Shown here: positions 1-9,800 of the stretch, one piece after another
Position numbering within the stretch: the first letter of the stretch is position 1
Layout: each line of letters starts with the position of its first letter
Origin: Acidimicrobiia bacterium
Lineage (GTDB): Bacteria > Actinomycetota > Acidimicrobiia > Spongiisociales > UBA5794
Length of the DNA stretch: 64,000 nucleotides
NCBI GenBank assembly: GCA_041611095.1
Contig: JBFINP010000002.1
Location: 59,837-123,836, forward strand
Reading direction: 5' to 3'
Notes under the pieces: generated by a model
What the model was told of the DNA's origin: nothing
Seen by the model: only the letters and a program-made list of their open reading frames with translations
Databases searched by the model: none
Translations under genes and position numbers: made by a program

Positions 1-269
1 AATCCGGCCTGATCGTGGGCATGGGCGAGACCGAGACCGAGATCCTCGGGGCGCTCGCCGACCTCCGCGCCGTCGGGGTAGACATCGTCACCATCGGTCA
101 GTACCTGCGGCCCACGACGCGTCACCGCCGGGTCGATCGCTACGTCCACCCGGACGAGTTCGCGCGCTACCGCCTCGAGGGCGACCGCCTCGGGATTCCG
201 CACGTCGAGTCGGGTCCCCTCGTGCGCTCGTCGTACCACGCTCGCGACTCCCTCGCCGCTGCCACGTGA
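1..269 (+). CDS. lipA: Lipoyl synthase, C-terminal part (5' end lies outside the window)
   Basis: The ORF tail ...[57 protein letters not shown] matches the conserved LipA C-terminus (TIGQYL..P.....V.RYV.P.EF........G.....[10 protein letters not shown]). The reading frame is open from position 1. Confidence 0.85.
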   Translation, partial: SGLIVGMGETETEILGALADLRAVGVDIVTIGQYLRPTTRHRRVDRYVHPDEFARYRLEGDRLGIPHVESGPLVRSSYHARDSLAAAT

Positions 270-1372
270 GCGACCTCCACCGGCAGTTCGACTACGGGGC
301 CCGGATCGAGGCCGCCCGGTCTCATCTCGAGGCCGGCGAGATCGACGTTCTCCTCGCCTCGGTGGGAGCCGACCTCCCATACCTGACCGGCTACGAAGCG
401 ATGCCTCTGGAGCGCCTCACCATGCTGGTGCTGCCGACCACCGGGCCGACGACCCTGGTGGTTCCCGAGTTGGAGGCACCGCGGGTCGTCCCCCAACCAG
501 GGGACTTCGAGATACGGCCGTGGGGCGAGACCGAGAATCCGGTCGCCATCGTGGCGGCGGCGATGTCCGGCGCCGCCACTGCGGCGATCACCGACCAGAC
601 TTGGTCGGTGTTCCTGCTGGAACTGCAGGACGCGGCGTCAACCACGCGCTTCACGTCGGCACGTCCCATCTCTCGGGCCCTGCGCATCCGGAAGGATCGG
701 GCCGAGGTGGAGCTGCTCCGCCGCGCCGCTCGAGCTGTCGACGAGGTGGTCGGTCGGCTCGCATCGATGCGCTTCTCCGATCGAACGGAGCGAGAGTTGT
801 CTGATCTCGTCGCGGCGATGACGCTCGAGGCGGGGAGCGAGCTCGCAACGTTCAAGATCGTTGCCGCCGGTCCCCACGCGGCCTCGCCTCACCACGAGCC
901 GACGTCGCGGGTGATCGAGCATGGCGACGCCGTGGTCGTCGACTTCGGAGGCAAGGTGGGCGGGTACTGCTCGGACACGACCCGGACCTTCCACGTCGGC
1001 GAGCCCGTGGCGGAGTACCGCGAGGTTCACGAAGTCGTCCGTCGTGCGCAGCAGGCCGGGGTCGAGGCGGTTGCACCGGGCGTCAGCTGCGAGTCGGTCG
1101 ACGCCGCCGCCAGGAGCGTCATCACCGAAGCGGGGTACGGCGAGTTCTTCATCCATCGCCTCGGGCACGGGATCGGTCTCGACGGTCACGAGGATCCTTA
1201 CCTCGTCGAGGGCAACTCCGAGCCGCTCGAGCCGGGCATGGCTTTCTCGATCGAGCCGGGCATCTACCTGCCCGGTCGGTTCGGTGTGCGCATCGAGGAC
1301 ATCGTCGTGTGCACCGAGGACGGCGCCGAACGCCTCAATGTGTCGAGTCGGGAGCTCGTGGTGGTCGAATGA
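266..1372 (+). CDS. M24-family metallopeptidase (Xaa-Pro aminopeptidase / creatinase-like)
   Basis: 368 aa with an N-terminal creatinase-like region and a C-terminal M24 pita-bread signature ([13 protein letters not shown]...[11 protein letters not shown]). The ATG overlaps the lipA stop (ATGA). Confidence 0.85.
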   Translation: MSDLHRQFDYGARIEAARSHLEAGEIDVLLASVGADLPYLTGYEAMPLERLTMLVLPTTGPTTLVVPELEAPRVVPQPGDFEIRPWGETENPVAIVAAAMSGAATAAITDQTWSVFLLELQDAASTTRFTSARPISRALRIRKDRAEVELLRRAARAVDEVVGRLASMRFSDRTERELSDLVAAMTLEAGSELATFKIVAAGPHAASPHHEPTSRVIEHGDAVVVDFGGKVGGYCSDTTRTFHVGEPVAEYREVHEVVRRAQQAGVEAVAPGVSCESVDAAARSVITEAGYGEFFIHRLGHGIGLDGHEDPYLVEGNSEPLEPGMAFSIEPGIYLPGRFGVRIEDIVVCTEDGAERLNVSSRELVVVE

Positions 1373-2100
1373 GCGCCGATCATGCGCAGGCGTATGAGCA
1401 GGCCCGGCTTCGCATCGCGGAGCTCGCCACACACGGGCCCGAGGCGGCGGTACCGGCGACGCCGGGCTGGTCGGTGCAGGACCTCGTCGCCCATCTCACC
1501 GGGCTCGCCGCCGACTGGGTCTCGGGGAACCTCGAGGCGTATGCGTCGGCAGGTTGGACGGCGCGCCAGGTCGAGGAGCGATCGGGGCGGCCACTCGCCG
1601 AAGTCCTCGCCGAATGGGAATCCTCCGCTCCGCGTCTCGGCGCCATCCTCACCGAACCCGGTGCCGCCGGCCTCCCCGACCCGCTGATGACCGCATTCGG
1701 GCCGGTGGCGTCGGCGGCGTGGCCGGACATGATCGTGACGGATGCGGCGATGCACGAGCACGACATCCGCGGCGGTCTCGGCGAGCCCGGAGCTCGCACG
1801 AGCCACGCGGTGATGCTCGCGCTGCGTTCCCACGTCGGGTTGCTGCGCTTCGTCGGCGGTGCGTTCGGCTTGCCGCCGCTCGTTCTCCACCCGACGGACG
1901 GTGAGCGGGAGTACCGCATCGGGCGCGAGGAGCCGCAGCTGGCGCTGCGGGCGACCGCTTTCGAGCTCTTTCGCGCCACCGGCGGCCGCCGCTCCCTCGC
2001 CCAGATCGCGGCGATGGACTGGTCCGACGACCCCGGCGAATGGCTGAACCACCTGGTGATGCCCTCCTACACGGCGCCGGAGGACGACCTCGTCGAGTGA
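1369..2100 (+). CDS. Mycothiol-dependent maleylpyruvate isomerase N-terminal domain / DinB-like (TIGR03083-type) protein
   Basis: The internal ATG at 1369 overlaps the upstream stop (ATGA). The N-terminus AELATHGPEAAVPATPGWSVQDLVAHL is typical of the actinobacterial MDMPI_N/DinB_2 family. The first 20 codons of the listed ORF overlap the preceding gene and are probably not translated. Confidence 0.55.
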   Translation: MSADHAQAYEQARLRIAELATHGPEAAVPATPGWSVQDLVAHLTGLAADWVSGNLEAYASAGWTARQVEERSGRPLAEVLAEWESSAPRLGAILTEPGAAGLPDPLMTAFGPVASAAWPDMIVTDAAMHEHDIRGGLGEPGARTSHAVMLALRSHVGLLRFVGGAFGLPPLVLHPTDGEREYRIGREEPQLALRATAFELFRATGGRRSLAQIAAMDWSDDPGEWLNHLVMPSYTAPEDDLVE

Positions 2101-2176
2101 CCCTCAGCCTTCCGCCGAACCGGGTCCACCGCCGTCGCAACTACCCTGCCGATCCCGCCCCCACCGGAGGACCAAC

Positions 2177-4132
2177 GTGACCAGCGACGCCGCCAGTCTC
2201 GCCGCCGACGCCATACGGGTGCTCTCGATGGACGCCGTCCAGCGCGCCAACTCCGGGCATCCCGGCATGCCGATGGGCATGGCCGATCTGGCGGTCGTGC
2301 TGTGGGGCGATTACCTGACCGTCGACCCCGATGATCCCGAGTGGCCCGATCGCGACCGATTCGTCGTCTCCAACGGCCACGGCTCGATGCTCCTGTACTC
2401 CCTGCTCCATCTGAGTGGCTTCGACCTGTCGATGGACGACCTCCGCAACTTCCGGCAGTGGGGTGCACCGACGGCCGGTCACCCGGAGTACGAGCTGGAG
2501 CGAGGCATCGAGACGACGACGGGGCCGCTCGGCCAGGGCTTTGGGAACGCAGTGGGCATGGCGCTCGCCGAGGCTCACCTGCGGGCGAAGCTCGGATCCG
2601 ATCTCGTCGACCACTGGACGTATGCGCTCGTCTCCGACGGCGACGTGATGGAAGGCGTGGCGTCGGAGGCCGCTTCGCTCGCCGGTCATTGGGGATTGGG
2701 GCGGTTGGTGTACCTCTACGACGACAACAGCATCTCGCTGGAAGGGCCGACCTCATGGACGTTCACTGAGGACGTCCCCAAACGGTTCGCCGCCTACGGA
2801 TGGCACACGGTGACGGTGGACGGCCACGACCGGGTTGCGGTGGCGCAGGCGATCGACGAGGCACGAGGCATCGCGGATCGCCCGTCGCTGATCTCCTGCA
2901 AGACGCACATCGGGTTCGGCAGCCCCAACAGACAGGACACCGCCAAAGCGCACGGGAGCCCACTCGGCGGGGACGAGGTGGCGCTGGTGAGGGAGCGGCT
3001 GGGTTGGGAATTGCCACCGTTCGAGATTCCCGACGCGGTCTACGACTTCTTCCGCACGGCGATGGACCGCGGGCGCAAGGCGCATCAGGCGTGGCGAGCG
3101 CGGTCGGAGGCGGTGCTCGCGGGCGATGAGAAGCTGGCGGCGGCGTGGCGGGCGCACCACCAGCCGGCTTCGGTGTCCTTGACAGTGCCCGAGTACGACG
3201 CCGGGAAAGGCGTGGCGACGCGGGCGATGTCGGGTGACGTGATTCAGCAACTGGGGGAGCTGCGGCCCGACTTGCTCACCGGCGATGCCGACCTCGCCGG
3301 ATCGACCAAGTCGCTGATCGAGGACGAGGCCGACTTCTCCGTCGCCGATCCGGCCGGGCGCAACGTGCGCTACGGAGTCCGGGAGCATGGCATGGCCGCC
3401 ATCGTCAACGGCATCACGCTGCACGGGGGGCTTCGTGCGTTCGGATCGACCTTCCTGACGTTCAGCGACTACATGCGGGGTTCGGTGCGACTCTCGGCGC
3501 TCATGGGCATCCCGGCGATCTGGGTATGGACCCACGACTCCGTCTTCCTGGGCGAGGACGGCCCCACCCATCAGCCGATCGAGCACCTCGCGGCGCTTCG
3601 TGCGATACCCAACCTGTGGGTGATCCGTCCGGGCGATCCCGGGGAGGTCGCCGGCGCCTGGCAGGTCGCGATGAACCGTCTCGACGGGCCGACGGCACTC
3701 GTGTTCAGCCGGCAGGGTGTGCCGGTGCCGGCCGAGACGACGGATCCGAGCTTCGTCGCCAAGGGCGGCTACGTGGCTCGTCGAGGATCCGACGTGGTTC
3801 TGGTGGCCACCGGTAGTGAGCTGGGGGTTGCACTGGGCGCCGCCGACCTGCTCGACGGGCGGGGGATCTCGGTCCGCGTCGTTTCGATGCCGTGCGTCGA
3901 GGCGTTCCACGCCCAGGACGAGACGTATCGCATGGGTGTTCTCGGCGTCGATGAGCCGCGGGTTTCACTCGAAGCAGGGACGACGTTCGGTTGGGCCGAC
4001 ATCGTTGGATCCGATGGCCTGCGGATCGGCGTGGACCACTTCGGTGCATCGGCGCCCGCCGAGGTGATCGCCGAGAAGCTCGGATTCACCGCTCCGGCCG
4101 TGGCCGATCGTATCGCCGCCTGGCTCGGCTGA
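2177..4132 (+). CDS. tkt: Transketolase
   Basis: 651 aa carrying canonical Tkt motifs (SGHPGMPMGMAD, GHGSMLLYS..HL.G, GPLGQG, DGDVMEG, the GEDGPTHQPIEHL TPP/pyrimidine-binding motif). A GTG start follows a GGAGGA Shine-Dalgarno. Confidence 0.95.
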   Translation: MTSDAASLAADAIRVLSMDAVQRANSGHPGMPMGMADLAVVLWGDYLTVDPDDPEWPDRDRFVVSNGHGSMLLYSLLHLSGFDLSMDDLRNFRQWGAPTAGHPEYELERGIETTTGPLGQGFGNAVGMALAEAHLRAKLGSDLVDHWTYALVSDGDVMEGVASEAASLAGHWGLGRLVYLYDDNSISLEGPTSWTFTEDVPKRFAAYGWHTVTVDGHDRVAVAQAIDEARGIADRPSLISCKTHIGFGSPNRQDTAKAHGSPLGGDEVALVRERLGWELPPFEIPDAVYDFFRTAMDRGRKAHQAWRARSEAVLAGDEKLAAAWRAHHQPASVSLTVPEYDAGKGVATRAMSGDVIQQLGELRPDLLTGDADLAGSTKSLIEDEADFSVADPAGRNVRYGVREHGMAAIVNGITLHGGLRAFGSTFLTFSDYMRGSVRLSALMGIPAIWVWTHDSVFLGEDGPTHQPIEHLAALRAIPNLWVIRPGDPGEVAGAWQVAMNRLDGPTALVFSRQGVPVPAETTDPSFVAKGGYVARRGSDVVLVATGSELGVALGAADLLDGRGISVRVVSMPCVEAFHAQDETYRMGVLGVDEPRVSLEAGTTFGWADIVGSDGLRIGVDHFGASAPAEVIAEKLGFTAPAVADRIAAWLG

Positions 4133-4144
4133 GCCGGCCTCGGC

Positions 4145-4810
4145 ATGGATCTCGGTCCGGCCCTCATTCTCGCCATGTGGACCGCCGGACTCGGTGCGGG
4201 CGGGGGAGCCGTGGCGGTATGGCGTGTCGTCGGTCCCGGGTACGGGTGGCTGGCCGCCGGCGTCACCGCCGGCGTCGGCATCTTCGTCGTGGTCGCCGGT
4301 GGGGGAGCGTGGGCGGTGGCCGGCGTCGTCGCCGCCGTCGTCGCCGGGGTATCCGCACGACGCCCGCCGGTGAGCGCAGCGGCGTTCGCCGTCGCCGCCC
4401 TGGCGTTCGTCGCGGTGGCGTGGACCGACTCGCCCTTGGGCGTCGCCGTCAGTGGCGCCGTCATGGCGGGTGGCATCACCTCCGAGATGCTCCTCGGGCA
4501 TTGGTACCTCGTCGACCCGCGACTGCCGCGGTGGGCGCTGTTCCGGCTGACGGCCGCCGGTGCTGCGGGGTTGGTGGTCGATGTTGTCGCGGTCGGGGCG
4601 CGGGTCGCATCGAACGGGATCCACACCGACACCATCTTCGGGTGGGCGTACGTTGCCCTCGCCGCCATGACCGCCCTCCTCGTCACCGGCGTTTGGTTCT
4701 CGCTCCGCGAGCCGCGGTACACCGGGGTCATGGCCGCCACCGGCCTCGCCTACCTGGCAGTGCTGACCTCGCTCGGCGTGCTCGTGGTGGGAAGGCTGAT
4801 CGGCTGGTGA
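4145..4810 (+). CDS. Hypothetical polytopic membrane protein (about 6 TM, GHWYLVDPRLPRW motif)
   Basis: 221 aa, Ala/Gly/Val-rich hydrophobic segments. Starts 13 nt after the tkt stop. No recognisable catalytic motif. Confidence 0.5.
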   Translation: MDLGPALILAMWTAGLGAGGGAVAVWRVVGPGYGWLAAGVTAGVGIFVVVAGGGAWAVAGVVAAVVAGVSARRPPVSAAAFAVAALAFVAVAWTDSPLGVAVSGAVMAGGITSEMLLGHWYLVDPRLPRWALFRLTAAGAAGLVVDVVAVGARVASNGIHTDTIFGWAYVALAAMTALLVTGVWFSLREPRYTGVMAATGLAYLAVLTSLGVLVVGRLIGW

Positions 4811-4874
4811 CGATTGTTACACGGGCGATAGTGAGGCGTGGAAGCACAATCGACGCACCTAGTCTCCACCCTCG

Positions 4875-5432
4875 ATGAAGATCTACACGAAGAAGGGCGA
4901 TGACGGGTCGACCGGGCTGCTCTACGGCGGCCGGGTTACGAAGGACGCCGCGGGACCCGAGGCGTACGGGACGGTCGACGAGGCCAACTCGGCGCTTGGG
5001 GTCGTGCGGGCGACGGCCCTCGACTCCGACCCCGAGCTCGCCGAGCGTATCCTCGAGATCCAACGTCAGCTCTTCGTCGTCGGCGCCGAGCTGGCGACGG
5101 ATCCGGCAAACCACCACAAGCTGGAGCCGGGCGTCAGCCGCGTCCACGACGGGATGGTGACCCAGCTCGAGGCGCTCATCGACGAGATCGTCGAGGTCAG
5201 GGGAATGCCAACGGAGTTCGTCGTTCCGGGCGGAAACCCGCTGGCGGCTGCGATCGACCTCGCCCGCAGTGTCGTGCGCCGTGCGGAGCGAAGAGCCGTC
5301 GCCCACGTTCGTACATCAGGCGCCGAGGGCAGCCATGTCGTTCCCTACCTCAACCGGCTGGCCGATTACCTGTACATGGCAGCCAGGGCGGCGGAGGCTG
5401 CCTGGACGCCGAGTCGAACCGAGGAGAGCTGA
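4875..5432 (+). CDS. PduO-type ATP:cob(I)alamin adenosyltransferase
   Basis: The N-terminus MKIYTKKGDDGSTGLLYGGRVTKD...GTVDEANSALG is the hallmark of PduO/MMAB-type corrinoid adenosyltransferases. 185 aa. Confidence 0.85.
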   Translation: MKIYTKKGDDGSTGLLYGGRVTKDAAGPEAYGTVDEANSALGVVRATALDSDPELAERILEIQRQLFVVGAELATDPANHHKLEPGVSRVHDGMVTQLEALIDEIVEVRGMPTEFVVPGGNPLAAAIDLARSVVRRAERRAVAHVRTSGAEGSHVVPYLNRLADYLYMAARAAEAAWTPSRTEES

Positions 5433-6874
5433 TGGTGGATGTGAGGACCGGGCCGGGCGTTGCCGAGGCAGAGGGCAACCTTCTCGTCGTTCCGGTGATG
5501 GCCGAGCTGACCTGGGGGCCTGGTGCGGACTGGGTCGCCGAGGCGCTGGGCGAGTGGGTCGGGCCGCACCTGGAGGCGCGCGAGTTCACAGGTGAGGCCG
5601 GCCAGGTGGCGGTGGTGCCGGCGACAGACGCGCTCCAGTATGACAGCGTGGCCTTTGTGGGCTTGGGCGAGGAGGTGGACGCCGAGGCGCTGCGCCGCGG
5701 TGGAGCGGCAGCCGCCAAGGCCGCCACGGGCTTCTCGACCGTCGTGACGACGCTCCATCAGGTCGACATCGATGGCGCCGCCGACCTCGTCAGGTTCGGG
5801 TTCGAGCTCGGCCTTTACCGGTTCGAGCGCTACCTCAGCGAGCCGAAGATGCGGGCGCTGGAGACACTCGTCTTCGCAGGCGGTGAGGACACGGGCGAGC
5901 GCGGTGCGATCCTCGCCGCTGCGGTTGGCAAGGCCCGGGACCTGGTGAACGAGCCTGCCGGCGGCAAGTCGCCTGCGACCATCGCCGAGTGGGCGGTTGC
6001 CGAGTTGGAGGGACTCGGCGTCGAGGTCGAGGTGTGGGACCCAGAGCGTATCTCCGCCGAGCGCCTCGGAGGCCTGATGGCGGTGGCCGCTGGATCCCAC
6101 GAACCCGCCCGCCTCGTGACCGCCTCCTACCGGCCGGCAGCGGCGAAGCACAAGGTCGTACTCGTCGGCAAGGGCATCGTGTTCGACAGCGGCGGTCTCT
6201 CCATCAAGCCCGCAGCCGGCATGGAGACGATGAAGACCGACATGTCGGGAGCCGCCGCCGTGCTCAGCGCCCTCGGCGCCATCGCCCGGTTGGAGCTGCC
6301 CGTCGAGGTCGTGGTCATCACCCCGCTGACCGAGAACATGCCGGGGGGAGGTGCGCAACGTCCCGGCGACGTGTTCACTGCCCGCAACGGGAAGACGGTC
6401 GAGGTGCTGAATACCGACGCCGAGGGACGGCTGGTACTGGCCGACGGGCTCAGCCTCGCCGTCGAGGCGGAGCCGGATCTCATCGTCGACGTCGCCACGC
6501 TCACCGGCTCGTGCATGGTGGCCCTTGGGAAGAGCATCGCCGGGTTGTTTGCCTCCGACGACGAGACGGCAGACCGTCTCCTCGCAGCTGCGGATGCGGC
6601 GGGGGAGTCGCTGTGGAGGATGCCGATCGAGGCGTCGTACCGCTCCAAGCTCGAATCCGAGGTCGCCGACATGAAGAACGTCGCCGATCGCTGGGGGGGA
6701 GCGATCACCGCTGCGCTGTTCCTCAAGGAGTTCGCCGGCGACGGCCCGTGGGCCCACCTCGACATCGCCGGCCCGGCGCGCGCCGAGACGGCGGAGCACT
6801 ACATCGCAAAGGGCGGCACCGGCTTCGCGGTGCGGACCCTCGTGGCGCTCGTCGAGGCGATGGCAGAGGCCTGA
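5432..6874 (+). CDS. pepA: Leucyl aminopeptidase (M17)
   Basis: Carries the M17 catalytic core VLVGKGIVFDSGGLSIKPAAGMETMKTDMSGAAAV and NTDAEGRLVLADGL. The start overlaps the upstream stop. Confidence 0.9.
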   Translation: MVDVRTGPGVAEAEGNLLVVPVMAELTWGPGADWVAEALGEWVGPHLEAREFTGEAGQVAVVPATDALQYDSVAFVGLGEEVDAEALRRGGAAAAKAATGFSTVVTTLHQVDIDGAADLVRFGFELGLYRFERYLSEPKMRALETLVFAGGEDTGERGAILAAAVGKARDLVNEPAGGKSPATIAEWAVAELEGLGVEVEVWDPERISAERLGGLMAVAAGSHEPARLVTASYRPAAAKHKVVLVGKGIVFDSGGLSIKPAAGMETMKTDMSGAAAVLSALGAIARLELPVEVVVITPLTENMPGGGAQRPGDVFTARNGKTVEVLNTDAEGRLVLADGLSLAVEAEPDLIVDVATLTGSCMVALGKSIAGLFASDDETADRLLAAADAAGESLWRMPIEASYRSKLESEVADMKNVADRWGGAITAALFLKEFAGDGPWAHLDIAGPARAETAEHYIAKGGTGFAVRTLVALVEAMAEA

Positions 6875-6889
6875 CCGAAACGCTCGGGT

Positions 6890-9800
6890 CTACTCCCAAC
6901 CCTCCATGAGCCCGTGCAGCGAACGGCGCACGCCCGCCACCCCGCGCCGCATCTGCTCGATGGTTGCCGCGATGGTGAGGAGCACAGCACCGAGGCCCAG
7001 AATCGTCGCCCACAGCGCCGGTCCCCTGATCTCGGGGACGATGGAGATGAGCGGTACCAGGATCATGAATGCGGCGCCGAGTGCGGCGGCCGCAGCCCCC
7101 CCGTACACCCTCCGCCGCACACGGCTGCCGGTTCCCCACACGACGAGAGCGACGCCTTGGAGGATCGCGATCAATCCATATCCAGTAGCCACGACCAGCG
7201 TCTGGAAGAGCGCAGGTCCGACGAAGATCGCCATACCGGCCACCTCGGAGATCCGCAGATTGTCGGTCGAGGCCTCGAGGCCGCGGCGGGCCCTGTCCCA
7301 GCGGCCCAGCTCGACGACCGCGAGGACGGCGACGCCCAGCGGGCTCGTGATCCACTGGATGTCACCGTTGAGGGCCTGAGTGGCAATGGTGGCCCACGAG
7401 GCGAACAAGAGCGGCGAGCTCAGCTGCATGAGTCGCACGTCGCGCATCACGAGCCCGGCCGCGAGGCTCTGGGCCGCAGCGACGAGGAACACGACGGCGA
7501 GCGCCGCACGCGACGGCAGCAGGTCTGCCGCCTGAACGAGCGCCAGCGCCTGCGCGGTGATGGCGGCGCCGCCCAAGACCACGACCCAGCCTCTCGTCGA
7601 GCGTTGCCGGTACCACACTCCGACGGCGACGACGGTTGCGACGACTGCTGCGACGCAGAGCAACGCGACCCATTCCGACGTGTCCAGGTCGAGGGCGAGA
7701 CCTGTCGAGCCGACCGACGCCAACCCGGCGAAGGTGGCGCTCACGCGCAGGCCATCTCGATCCAGGATCGATCCGCTCACCGCCAGCGAGGTCGCCCACA
7801 GCGCAAGGGAACCGGCCTGGATCCACAGCACACCCTCGCTCGGGCTCACCACCGAGGCCACCGTGGCCGCGCCCAGCGTGAGGGCGGCGACGCCGGCCCA
7901 CGGCACGAGCCACTCGACGGCCCATGCCACGTCGCGACGCATTGCGACTGCCACCGCGGCGGTGACGGCGACGACGGCGGAGGCTCCGAGGAGCGCACCG
8001 ATGGTCAGTTGCGGCGTCGCCGAGAGCGCCTCGAGGGTTGCCAACCAGGCCGCCATCGCGGCCGTCGCAGAGGTCCACAACAGCGGCTGCCGCCAGGTGG
8101 GGACGTACCAGGCGCTCACGGCGGCCGCCGCGGAACCGGCGGCGAGGGTGCCTGCCAACCACTCCGCCCCCGCGAGGTATGCGGCCGCGACGAGCAGGCC
8201 GTAGCCGAGCGCCAGCGGGACCGGTTGCCGGCGATGGGCACCAACGGCGAGCGACGCCAGTCCCACCGGCACCCACGTGGTCGACGTAGCGCCGGCCAAC
8301 CCGCCCAGCGTCACCGAGACGATGGCGGCGGTGGTACCGGCGACGAGAGCGGGGATGTCCCACCTCGCCATCGGGGCACCATCGGGGGAGAGGGCGAGCC
8401 CGGCGATCAACGTGATGGTCGCCGCGACCGCAAGGGGCCATGGCTGGTCGGCGAGGTCGTGCCCTACGGCGACGACCCCGGAGGCCATCGCCAGTATTCC
8501 GAAGCCCCAGCTTGCGGTCGAGACGAGTCCGAGCCGCAGGATCAGCGCAAGGAGCAAACCTGCCCCGGCGGCCGCCGTTGCCCCCGGCCACATGGCAGCG
8601 AGCGGCACGTTGAGACCGACGAGGGTCGCTCCCACCACAGCCGCCATACCGAGCGTCGCCGGCGGGGCCAGCCACGGCTCCGCCGTCAGCGTTCCCGGGG
8701 AGCGACGCCCGTTGCGGCGGTCGTCGAGGACGAGAGCGAACGCCGCCACCGTCAGACCCCACGCAAACAGTGTCCAGTGGGAAGCCGCCCACGTGACTCC
8801 GATCTGGCGAGCGACGACAACGGTGAAGGGCGCAGACGCCGCCCATCCGTACCAGCGCACGAGCGCGTGGCGAAGCTGGAGGGAGGCTGCCGCCGAGGCG
8901 CTCGTGGCGGCTCCGAGCACCACGATTGCGACCCAGCGGTCGACCGAGGCGTCGGGATCGAACCATGCGAGCAGCAACGTCGTGGCGGCCGCCGACACCG
9001 CCATGGCACCGTTGGCGAGCCACCGCCTCAGGTCGGGCCGCAAGCCGGCGACCAGGGACAGCGCTGCGTACGCAGGAGCGAGAGCCGCGAGCGAGCCTAT
9101 AGCGGCGGCCGTGGCCGCGTTGTCCCAGATGCTTGCTGCGCTTGCGACCGCAGTGACGGGAAGACTCATGATCAGCACGGTCGTCTGGCCGACGTCGATC
9201 GTTCGTCGCGTCGCCTCGGTCTTTGCCAGGCGTTGCAGGGGAGAGGAAGTCTGTCCCGTCGCCACCTCGACGAGCCATCCCGCAGCCCATGCGCCGGATG
9301 TCACGGCCAGCCAGGCCTCTTCTCCCAGCCAGCCACCGGTGAGCCGATCGAGACCGAGAGCCACCATGAGTGCGCCGAGCGCGACCGCACCGAGGGAATG
9401 CCCAGTCGCGGCCAGGTGGCCGCCGATTCGCTCTCTCACGGCTGCGCCCACGGCGATGAGGGCGATGCCGGTCGCCGCGAGGACGGTGATGCGAACCTCG
9501 TAGGGGACACCTTCGACCGCCGCGGAGATCGCCGCGGCGAGCGTGGTGAACGAGACCGCCACCCAGGTGCGAAGGCCGACGGGAAGGAGGCGTCCGGCGA
9601 CAACGGCGAGGGCGGCGAGGAGGAGGGTGACCGATGGGCGGTGATCGGCCGGAGCGGGAAGCGCAAGCAACGTCGCCGTCGCCAGGCCGGCGGCGAGAGT
9701 GGGGACCCAGAGCGCGTAGAAGACGTCGCCCGCCGCCCAACGCCTGATGACCATGGCTCCCCCAGCCGCCAGAGCGGCCGAGAGGAGGAGTGCGGTGTCC

